64,000 nucleotides of DNA from a virus (lineage: Duplodnaviria; Caudoviricetes): positions 70,295 to 134,294 of the IMG/VR virus record IMGVR_UViG_3300021387_000199; one strand, given 5' to 3'. The position numbers were made by a program, and so were the translations under genes. Shown one piece after another: positions 44,032-52,559 of this stretch. The first letter of the stretch is position 1, and each line of letters starts with the position of its first letter. The notes beneath the pieces were generated by a model. It did not search any database. It was not told the DNA's origin and saw only the letters and a program-made list of their open reading frames with translations.

Positions 44032-46359
44032 ATGAGGGTGATTAAGAGAGACGGCAGAAAGGTTGAATTCCAAGAGGATAAAGTGAAGATTGCTGTACTG
44101 AAAGCCTTCAAGCAAATAGATGGTGAGATTACAGATTATGCTAGGAATAAAGCGAACGAAATAGCCGGATTCATAAAATCAATAGGGAAAGATCTGAATG
44201 TCGAGGAAATTCAGGATTCAGTAGAACAGAAGCTTATGGCTTGTAATCGAAAGGACGTAGCGAAAGCCTACATTATATATAGAAACGATAGAAGTCGGGA
44301 ACGTGAAAAAAATAGCGCACTCATGAAGAAAGTTGGTTCAAAGATTAAAGCGAATAACGTCCAGAATCAGAATGCCAACGTTGACGAGAAGTCATTTGGG
44401 GGAAGAATTGGTGAGGCTAGTGGGGAACTTCTTCGCCAGTACGCTCTCGATAATCTATTATCAGATCTCTCCCGGAATAATCATCTGAATAATGAGATTT
44501 ATATTCATGACCTTGATCATTACGCAGTTGGAGATCACAACTGCTTATCTATCCCGTTCGACAAGCTTTTAGCAGAGGGGTTTAATACTAGGCAGACAGA
44601 TGTTCGTCCAGCTCAGTCAGTGAATACCGCTTTTCAGTTAGTAGCAGTGATCTTCCAGTTACAGTCGTTACAGCAGTTCGGCGGCGTGAGCGCGACTCAT
44701 ATAGACCATACAATGGTTCCTTATGTCAGGAAGAGTTTCTATAAACATTACGTTACAGAGTATCTGAAACGAACAAAAGAGTTTCTTGATCTGGATCTGA
44801 TGGATCTTCTCTTTGATACATACGAAGATGGGGCTGGAATTGTCAGGAACAGGTTCGACGACTGGGTCGAAGAACATAAAGATGAGTTTGCAGAAAAGAC
44901 AGGACTCAGATTTGAAGATTTTACTCTCTGTAATAAAAACGGTCTTGATCCCGAACTATTCCAAGCGGCTTTGTTTGATACGATTAATGAAACATATCAG
45001 GCTGTTGAAGGAATGTATCACAACCTAAATACACTTCAGAGCAGATCAGGGAATCAGCTCCCATTTACCTCGATTAATTATGGCACATGCACTTCTCTGG
45101 AAGGCCGCTTGGTAACAAAGGCAATCTTGGATGTTTTAATTAAGGGCGTTGGTAGACTGCACAGGACATCAATCTTCCCGTGTGGGATATTCCAATGTAT
45201 GCATGGAGTGAATCGCTATCCCGGTGAGCCGAATTATGATCTGTACAGGTTGGCGTTGAAGTCTACAGCACGACGACTTTATCCGAATTATGCCAATGTT
45301 GACTGGTCTGGGAATGCCGGATATGACCCTGAAGATCCTAAGACCTATTTTAGTACGATGGGTTGCCGTACGAGCAACGGTTTAGACATTAACGCTGAAC
45401 CTGACACAAACCCTCAGACGAAAGATGGACGTGGAAACATTTGTCCTGTGACGATTATTATGCCTACATTGGCCATGGAAGCGTCTGGTGAAGTAGGTCA
45501 AAAAGATATTGATTCTTTTATAGAAATACTTGATCAGAAAATCCATGAAGCAAAAGATATGCTCATCGAGAGATACGAATATATCTGTAGTCAATCCCCG
45601 GATTCGGCTAAATTTATGTATGAGAACGGTACGATGCTTGGGTATAAACCTGAAGAAGGAATTCGCTCAGCTCTGAAACATGGCACAATCGTCATTGGAC
45701 AGCTCGGACTTGCTGAAACACTTCAGATTCTGATCGGTTGTGATCACACGACGGACAAGGGTATGGAACTGGCAAAGAAAATTGAACAGCTTTTCAAGGA
45801 TCGTTGTGCTCAGTTTAAGAAAGAATATCATCTGAACTTCGGTGTGTATTTTACTCCGGCTGAAAATCTGTGTTATACGGCTATGCAAAAGTTCAGAGAT
45901 CGGTATGGAATAATCAAGGACGTTTCAGACAAAGACTTCTTTACCAATTCTATTCATGTGCCGGTTTGGATCAACATGGATCCGTTTCAGAAGATCGACA
46001 TTGAATCTCAGCTTACAGGGTATAGTAATGCTGGCTGTATTACATATACAGAGATCGAAGGATCGGTCAAAAACAATATTGACGCTCTTGAAGAGATTGT
46101 GAACTATGCTATGGATCATGACATTCCGTATTTTGCTGTAAACGTTCCGAACGATACATGTATGGATTGCGGATATTGTGATGAAATCAATGATGAATGC
46201 CCGAAATGCGGGGGAATAGATATTCAGAGGATTCGCCGGGTGACCGGTTATCTTACAGGTAATTATACAACTGCTTTCAACAAAGGTAAACAACAGGAAG
46301 TAAACATGAGGGTGAAACACTGGACTTCAGACATGAAACTCCCTAAGAATTGGGAATGA
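44032..46359 (+). CDS. nrdD: anaerobic ribonucleoside-triphosphate reductase
   Basis: ATP cone VIKRDG; HNC; MGCR; CxxC..CxxC; RRVTGYL glycyl-radical motif. Confidence 0.95.
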   Translation: MRVIKRDGRKVEFQEDKVKIAVLKAFKQIDGEITDYARNKANEIAGFIKSIGKDLNVEEIQDSVEQKLMACNRKDVAKAYIIYRNDRSREREKNSALMKKVGSKIKANNVQNQNANVDEKSFGGRIGEASGELLRQYALDNLLSDLSRNNHLNNEIYIHDLDHYAVGDHNCLSIPFDKLLAEGFNTRQTDVRPAQSVNTAFQLVAVIFQLQSLQQFGGVSATHIDHTMVPYVRKSFYKHYVTEYLKRTKEFLDLDLMDLLFDTYEDGAGIVRNRFDDWVEEHKDEFAEKTGLRFEDFTLCNKNGLDPELFQAALFDTINETYQAVEGMYHNLNTLQSRSGNQLPFTSINYGTCTSLEGRLVTKAILDVLIKGVGRLHRTSIFPCGIFQCMHGVNRYPGEPNYDLYRLALKSTARRLYPNYANVDWSGNAGYDPEDPKTYFSTMGCRTSNGLDINAEPDTNPQTKDGRGNICPVTIIMPTLAMEASGEVGQKDIDSFIEILDQKIHEAKDMLIERYEYICSQSPDSAKFMYENGTMLGYKPEEGIRSALKHGTIVIGQLGLAETLQILIGCDHTTDKGMELAKKIEQLFKDRCAQFKKEYHLNFGVYFTPAENLCYTAMQKFRDRYGIIKDVSDKDFFTNSIHVPVWINMDPFQKIDIESQLTGYSNAGCITYTEIEGSVKNNIDALEEIVNYAMDHDIPYFAVNVPNDTCMDCGYCDEINDECPKCGGIDIQRIRRVTGYLTGNYTTAFNKGKQQEVNMRVKHWTSDMKLPKNWE

Positions 46360-46865
46360 GATACGCAGGAATAAACCCGACGGACATCGTCTGTGGTACA
46401 GGTGTGGGCGTAGCTATTTATGTTCAGGGATGTGATTTTCATTGTCCTGGTTGTTTTAATCCCCAAACTTGGAGTTTCAGTGGGGGCAAAACATGGGATG
46501 AAGCACAACACAAAGAATTCCTGAGCGATTTAGCGAAACCTTATATCAAGAGGCTTTCCATATTAGGCGGTGAGCCTCTTCATCCTAAGAATTTAAAAGG
46601 TGTTGACTTACTCATTAATGAAGCAGATAATGTTAAAACTCTGAGCAAATGGATATTCTCTGGCTACACCTGGGAAGAGATCGTGTCTGATAATTCAGAC
46701 GCTGGTATCCTTAGGAAAAAGATAATTGAAGGAATAGATTATCTGGTTGAAGGTCGTTTCAAAGAAGGACTCAGAGATGTAACCCTGAAATTCAGAGGCT
46801 CTTCAAATCAGCGTATCATCGATGTAAAGAAAACTTTAGAAAAAGGAGAAGTAGTAACAGTATGA
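46356..46865 (+). CDS. nrdG: anaerobic RNR activating protein
   Basis: CDFHCPGC radical-SAM motif; LGGEP; RGSSNQR. Confidence 0.95.
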   Translation: MRYAGINPTDIVCGTGVGVAIYVQGCDFHCPGCFNPQTWSFSGGKTWDEAQHKEFLSDLAKPYIKRLSILGGEPLHPKNLKGVDLLINEADNVKTLSKWIFSGYTWEEIVSDNSDAGILRKKIIEGIDYLVEGRFKEGLRDVTLKFRGSSNQRIIDVKKTLEKGEVVTV

Positions 46866-47455
46866 AAAATGAGACATGGAATAGTTTTATCAGAAACAGT
46901 ATCCTGGCCGGACTTCTGATCGGTCTCGGAGGGTTCGCTAACCTTTCCGTAGACAACAGATACGTAGGGGCTTTCATATTTTCGATCGGACTGATCTCAG
47001 TGATCCTGCTTAACTGTAATCTTTATACTGGGAAAGTAGGGTACGCCCGTAAGATAGTGGATATCCCCAGGCTGATTGTGATGTGTGTTCTGAATGTAAT
47101 CGGAGCCGGCCTTCTGGGATTCGCCACCAACTCGATCGTATCTTCAACGGCTCAGGAAATCATGAATAAGAAGATCGACAGACCGTTGATTCAGACTTTC
47201 ATAATGGCTGCCATCTGCGGCGCCTTGATCTATTTGGCGGTTGAATTATTCAAGAGAGGGCATAATATTCTTCTGATTGTCATTCCGGTCTTTACGTTCG
47301 TCGCCATAGGGGCCGACCACTGTATAGCTAACGCTTACTATTTCGCTGCCGGGTCTATGTATTCGGTTAAGGCTCTGATATATCTTCTGATATGTATTCT
47401 GGGGAACGCCGCCGGATCTCTGGTTGTCTCACTTCTTCAGGGTGAAAAGTCGTGA
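46862..47455 (+). CDS. formate/nitrite transporter family protein
   Basis: LYTGK, HCIAN and LGN motifs; multiple TM segments. Confidence 0.85.
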   Translation: MKNETWNSFIRNSILAGLLIGLGGFANLSVDNRYVGAFIFSIGLISVILLNCNLYTGKVGYARKIVDIPRLIVMCVLNVIGAGLLGFATNSIVSSTAQEIMNKKIDRPLIQTFIMAAICGALIYLAVELFKRGHNILLIVIPVFTFVAIGADHCIANAYYFAAGSMYSVKALIYLLICILGNAAGSLVVSLLQGEKS

Positions 47456-47623
47456 CCATGATAATAGTAGGCACGGACTGCGAAGACTGCCGCCATTGTA
47501 CAGCGATTGACGACGAAAATCCGGCAAGGATTAAGGTCTACTGTAGTTACGATGATAAGTACCGATGGTACGGTCAATGCATTCCTTGTGAGAATAAGGT
47601 CAAAGTGAAAACGAGTGATGATT

Positions 47624-47650
47624 AAGAGAGACTTCGGTCTCTCTTTTTTT
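47624..47650 (+). terminator. rho-independent terminator
   Basis: AAGAGAGAC-TTCG-GTCTCTCTT followed by a T-run. Confidence 0.85.
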
Positions 47651-47661
47651 ATGCCCAGATT

Positions 47662-47693
47662 GAGGGCTTCCCTGAACAAAAAAATGAGAAGTA
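47662..47693 (+). promoter_or_regulatory. phage-specific bipartite promoter, copy 4
   Basis: GAGGGCTT-N15-TGAGAAGTA directly after the terminator. Confidence 0.7.
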
Positions 47694-48401
47694 GTACCTG
47701 AAGGAGGAAAAAAATAATGAGAGTACTGAAGTTACTGATATATACGTGTTTAATTGGCGCGGCGCTGGCTTTTGTCCCCAAGCTGCTCAGGCCGAAGAAG
47801 TATCACACAATACCTTGGAGGACTTATGAGAGAGAAGATTCCTGAGTTCAGGGTAAGGCCGGGAGTTACCAAACATCAACTTTACCAGGCCGGTTTTACA
47901 GACGAAGGAGATCACTGGACTTATCAACAGTTTCTATATGAAAGATTTGTTTTAGTCAAAATCCTAATCTCTAAAGAAGATTTCTTTTGTACGGCAAAGA
48001 TTATAAGAACAGACACCGGTGGTTTTTACTCAGCGTTTTATAACACGATATTTGGGCCAAGGAATCTGGTAGCTGAAAAGGTGACAGAAAGATATTGCCG
48101 ACTGCTCAGGAGACTTAATAGAGCCGACGTGATTGAGTTTGTAGAGGAGAAGAATAAAGTACATGATTGATTGGCATTATTGCAAGGATGAGTTGCCGAA
48201 GAAATCTGGAAAATATTTGGTTAGTAAGTTAGGGGTTTGGTCGAACGTTGATGAGAAATACGTTTTGTATGACGAGGAATTTCGTCAGGTTGAGATAGCT
48301 CTATTTGTCGTCGACATAGGATTATTCGATACCAGACATCCAAAAAGTGTCTATGCCTGGGCAGAACGACCAAACCCGGCGAAATACTAAGTGCCGAGGA
48401 T

Positions 48402-48433
48402 GAGGGCTTAATCAGCTCAGGTTTTGAGAAATA
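48402..48433 (+). promoter_or_regulatory. phage-specific bipartite promoter, copy 5, upstream of the tRNA
   Basis: GAGGGCTT-N15-TGAGAAATA. Confidence 0.7.
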
Positions 48434-48479
48434 GGTATTGAGAGGAGGGCAACATGGTTTCGACAGAAACTATCCTCTC

Positions 48480-48552
48480 CGCCCCGTCTTCTAGTGGTCA
48501 AGGAAAATGGGCCCTAACCCCATGAACGTGGGTTCGAACCCCACCGGGGTGA
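48480..48552 (+). tRNA. amber suppressor tRNA (anticodon CUA) with a tRNA-Glu-type body; CCA not encoded
   Basis: acceptor CGCCCCG/CGGGGTG, D arm TTCT-AGTGGTCAA-GGAA, anticodon stem ATGGG/CCCAT with loop CC-CTA-AC, variable region GAAC, T arm GTGGG-TTCGAAC-CCCAC. Confidence 0.9.
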
Positions 48553-48616
48553 TTGACAGTGTAGATAGGCAGACGTTAGCTCTGCCTCTAACTATTTCTG
48601 AAGAAAGGAGTAAATC

Positions 48617-49174
48617 ATGAGCCGTTTTTCAGGCAAATGCGATCTTTACGATCATTGTGGCGATTATACGGATTCTCAACTTCAGGAAACACGTTTTTAT
48701 ATAGGAAGGAATATAGTTCCTCTGAAGATTGAAACACAGAAAGATCTCTCGCCATACTATCCCCATTTAGTGAGTGTGGCCGGTTGTTCTGATGGAGTCT
48801 CAGTTGTACATTTTACAGAAGATTCATTTATAGATAGAGAAGAAGCTGAACATCTGACGTGGAAACTTGACTCTTTGAAGAAGTATTGCCGGAAGTGTAA
48901 GAGGAGTCATGTCCCTTATGATGAAGAAGAAGCAATCGAGAAAGCGATTTTCTTTCATGAAACGGGCGCTGACGTCGACAGGGAGATGGCTCGTAGAGTC
49001 GGGGAATCCGGGGATAAGGCAACAATTGAAGGGCTTCATGATAGCCTTCACGAATACTACCGAAATAATCTTTTTGAAGAAATGGTTAGACTCGGTTGGC
49101 CTGAAGAACCAGCCGATTATTGGATCTGGAGAGATTTTGAAAGAATTAGGAGGTATAGCAATGGGAAATACTGA
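48617..49174 (+). CDS. hypothetical phage protein
   Basis: RBS AAAGGAG; MSRFSGKCDLYDH start. Confidence 0.7.
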   Translation: MSRFSGKCDLYDHCGDYTDSQLQETRFYIGRNIVPLKIETQKDLSPYYPHLVSVAGCSDGVSVVHFTEDSFIDREEAEHLTWKLDSLKKYCRKCKRSHVPYDEEEAIEKAIFFHETGADVDREMARRVGESGDKATIEGLHDSLHEYYRNNLFEEMVRLGWPEEPADYWIWRDFERIRRYSNGKY

Positions 49175-49934
49175 GTTGTTTATTGACACACTAACTTAGA
49201 TGAACAAGCTGGTTAAAGCAGACATTAAGGCCGGACATCAGTGGAAGTATACCAATAAGACGAGCAAGAAGGCGAAGAACTTCGATGAAGCGAGATCTTC
49301 CGGCAAGTACTACTGCAATTGTGTTGACGGAGTCCAGTGGGGACTTCTTAAGGCAGGATTAGCGAAGAGTGACGGTCTCGCCTGGTATGGACAGGAAAGT
49401 ACCGGGATGAACTGGATCGGTACGAATGCCAAGAAGAACGCCGAAAAGTATATGACCGTAAAGAAATATGGCAGTAAGACAGTCAAGCAGCTGAAAGCAA
49501 GTGGGGAACTTCAGCCCGGTGATATTGTCACTTATGTTTCGACGAGTCATACGAACGTGTATTTAGGAGGCAATAAGTGGTTTGACTCAGGACATGCGTC
49601 TTGTACTACGTCGGGTGAATTGGCTCCATACAAGGCCTCGGGATGGATTCGTACCAAGAACTACGACAATTATAAGGTTGGCTACGTTCTCAGAGTCAAA
49701 GAAACGGTTAAGTATGTTTATCGTGTCAGGCTTGGCATCTATTCTGTCGAAGCAAACGCTATAAATAAGCAGAATTACATGAAGTCGATTAAATATGACA
49801 CCTTCAGAGAGCAGAAGACAGACGGTTGGCATGTTTACTGTGGGAGTTTCTTGAATAAGTCGGTGGCGAAAGATAAGGTTGCCGAGCTTGCCAAGAAGAA
49901 GATCCCGGCAGAGATTGAAAAGGTTCAAGTGTAA
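49161..49934 (+). CDS. endolysin-like: NlpC/CHAP-type catalytic domain + SPOR domain, 1 in-frame TAG at 49197
   Basis: RBS AGGAGG before 49161; CNC...LQPGDIV...HTNVY; YRVRLG...VYCGSF. Confidence 0.7.
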
Positions 49935-49947
49935 GAAAGGATTATAT

Positions 49948-50184
49948 ATGCCTAAATTCAGAATCAATGATGTTGTTCAGTTTACTGAGGATCATAAGTG
50001 GGTTGCTTGCTTTGGGGTTGTTTCTGATGTTAAGGATTGTGGCGGGGACTACCGATATCTAATCGGGGTCCCTGTCCCGATGCAGGGGACAGCTTATATT
50101 TTTTCTATGGAAAGCAACGACGAATTTGAATATGTCGGAAGAACAATTCTAGGTGTACCGGAAGGAGAAGTAAGTGAGAGTTAA
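49948..50184 (+). CDS. hypothetical protein
   Basis: RBS AAAGGA; MPKFRINDVVQF start. Confidence 0.6.
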   Translation: MPKFRINDVVQFTEDHKWVACFGVVSDVKDCGGDYRYLIGVPVPMQGTAYIFSMESNDEFEYVGRTILGVPEGEVSES

Positions 50185-50326
50185 GTTTTACATAAGAGCT
50201 GACGAGAGCTGTGAATATGAGTTTCCGGACGATACACCGGATGACGAACTCGAATAGGCAGCCTACCAGTGGGTAGACGATAACGCTGTAGCTGAATATG
50301 AGATTTTAGAGGAGGAAGATTACTAA
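50174..50326 (+). CDS. small acidic protein, 1 in-frame TAG at 50255 (missed by the ORF track)
   Basis: RBS AAGGAG + GTG; EFPDDTPDDELE*AAYQWV; its TAA overlaps the dut ATG. Confidence 0.65.
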
Positions 50327-50760
50327 TGAAATATAAGAGACTAACGGATAATGCTAAAGTACCAACCAGAGCAGATGACGGGGCGGCGGGGTATGACCTA
50401 TACGGAAATAATACGTACACAATTGAAATCGCGCCTCACCGAATGGTAAAGATCGGGACAGGAATCTGTATGGAAATTCCCAGGGGTACGTTTGGGGGAA
50501 TATTTGCCCGTTCAGGACTTGCAACAAAAAAAGGTCTTAGACCGGCTAACGGAGTTGGCGTGATAGATCCCTCATATCGGGGAGAGCTAATCGTTGCTCT
50601 TTACAACGATTCAAATGAACCACAGTATGTCGAACCCGGCGAACGCATAGCACAGCTTGTATTTCTTTCTTTCGGAACAATCCTGAATTGGGAAGAGGTC
50701 GACGAGCTCTCTGAGACAGAGCGCGGGGATGGCGGTTTTGGATCTTCAGGGACAACGTGA
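50326..50760 (+). CDS. dut: trimeric dUTPase
   Basis: AGYDL; RSGL; GVIDPSYRGE; RIAQL; RGDGGFGSSG. Confidence 0.95.
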   Translation: MKYKRLTDNAKVPTRADDGAAGYDLYGNNTYTIEIAPHRMVKIGTGICMEIPRGTFGGIFARSGLATKKGLRPANGVGVIDPSYRGELIVALYNDSNEPQYVEPGERIAQLVFLSFGTILNWEEVDELSETERGDGGFGSSGTT

Positions 50761-52461
50761 TGAGCATAAAAAGAGGGTTGCGCCGTGAAACTTGCATTAT
50801 GGAGGATGCGCCGATGATCAGTTACGACAATTTCATTATGGCTCTTGGGGCTACTGATGATGAGGAAATAAAAGAGGAAAATAGGAGACTCTGCGAAAGA
50901 TATCCATTCCTGAAGTATCACAGTCAGTGGGGAAATGAAGATCTTCAGGGGTACGATTATGACTTCACCTACCTCGATGACATTCCGCGTGGCTGGAAGA
51001 AAGCTTTCGGCGTTCAGATGTGCGAGGAGTTGAGAGAGATTTTGATCGAAGGAGGCTATCTTGACGAATATCAAGTAGTTCAGGCGAAGGAGAAATATGG
51101 CCGACTCTGTTGGTATGACAACGGAGTCCCGGATTCAATCTGGGATAAATACCGGGACTGGCTGAACAAATACGAAGATCTTTCAGAAAAGACCTGTATC
51201 GGCTGCGGAAAACCCGCCACCATGAGAATCGATGGCTGGGTTAGTCCCTGGTGTGACGAGTGTTATGAGGCCTAACCGCTAACAGAATTAAGAATATGGA
51301 TCTGAAAAGGAGAAATACTTATGGACAGAAAACTGGCAGATGAAATATACAGCTATCTGGTTGAGTGTGGCCAGAATGATCACGGGAAATTTAAGTTCGG
51401 GGAGATGATCAAATATACGCCATCTGAAATACAAGATCTTCTATACCAGATGCCGACTCATGCCGAAAAACCTCCCCTTGGCATCTATCCTTATTGGATA
51501 GCTTACGGGGAAAGGATTAAGGATCTTGCCGGAGCCATCATTCGGTATTCAGATAGATTAACTAATGAAACGGATACTATCAGGCTCTGGGCTAAGGAAA
51601 TCGAAGAGCTATGTGATGTGGCTGACTACCTGAGTAATTAAGAACGGAGGAAAGATATGGCTAAAGATAATGAGAAGTTTACAAGAGATGACTCGGCGCT
51701 TCTTGATTTGGTATATCAGAATCTTGTCGCGATTTCTGATGAGATCAAGACGGAGCCGGACAATCCGAAGTTGATCGACGCTTTCGATTCGCTCCTGTCA
51801 ACATATTTCGATATTCAGGAGGATTTTTAATGAAGTTAATTGACGCGGATGACTTGAAGGTTAACTTAGGCCATTACCCGATGCTAACGGGACTAATGAT
51901 TAGGATGTTCACGAGGATAATCAACGAACAGGAAGAAGTGCCGGTTCCGGGGATTACAAAAGGCCGCTGGATCCCATCCCCGGGTGAAGGGTATGAGTGT
52001 TCCAGATGTTGGGGAATTTCAAAGATGCCCGGACGATTCTGCCCTACATGTGGAAGTCAGAATAGTTTGGAGCGTAATGATGAATAAGGAAGAAGCTATT
52101 GAAGCCCTGAACGAGGGAATAAGCTTCTGGGGTAGAGTTTTAGGAAAATTCAAACAGACAAGTTACTGGTTCAGGGAAGGAAAGAAAAGAATTGAAGTAT
52201 CCCGGCTGGCTATAGAAGCCATACGGGAATCTCTGGAAAGAGAGAAAGGGGAAAACGATGAAAGAGAAGGAGAGAATTGAGTACCGCGAGAAAATCGATC
52301 AGCTTAACGATCTTCATAAAAGACTTGCTGGCGTTGAAGAAGATTACTCTCAGTTCAAAGCAAAGCCGGAAGATCTCGACCTGATCCGTTACGCACTCGT
52401 CCAGACATCGGCGTTGCTGAATTTGCTTCTGGATTCAGAAGAAGAGGAGTCCGGCATATGA
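50757..52461 (+). other. cluster of small hypothetical genes
   Basis: consecutive ORFs. Confidence 0.6.
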
Positions 52462-52559
52462 CGTTCTGGTTCGATACCCATTGGGGAGACGCGTGTTTCA
52501 TAGTTCTGCTCGCCATTGTTGCTTGGTGTATCTATAGATCATCGTAAAGGAGGAACATA

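Noticed and set aside
35489-46359. Inteins or introns in dnaE and nrdD
   Set aside because: Both ORFs are uninterrupted and of ordinary length; no intein splice-junction or homing-endonuclease motifs were noticed.
48480-48552. Standard code-15 (TAG=Gln) suppressor
   Set aside because: The tRNA has Glu-type D-stem and variable-loop features and lacks U1-A72, and the TAG contexts favour E. Disfavoured, but not formally excluded without alignment or proteomics.
48480-48552. Pyrrolysine tRNA (pylT)
   Set aside because: It has a canonical 5-bp anticodon stem, a GG D-loop and a TTC T-loop, unlike pylT; no pyl genes are seen.
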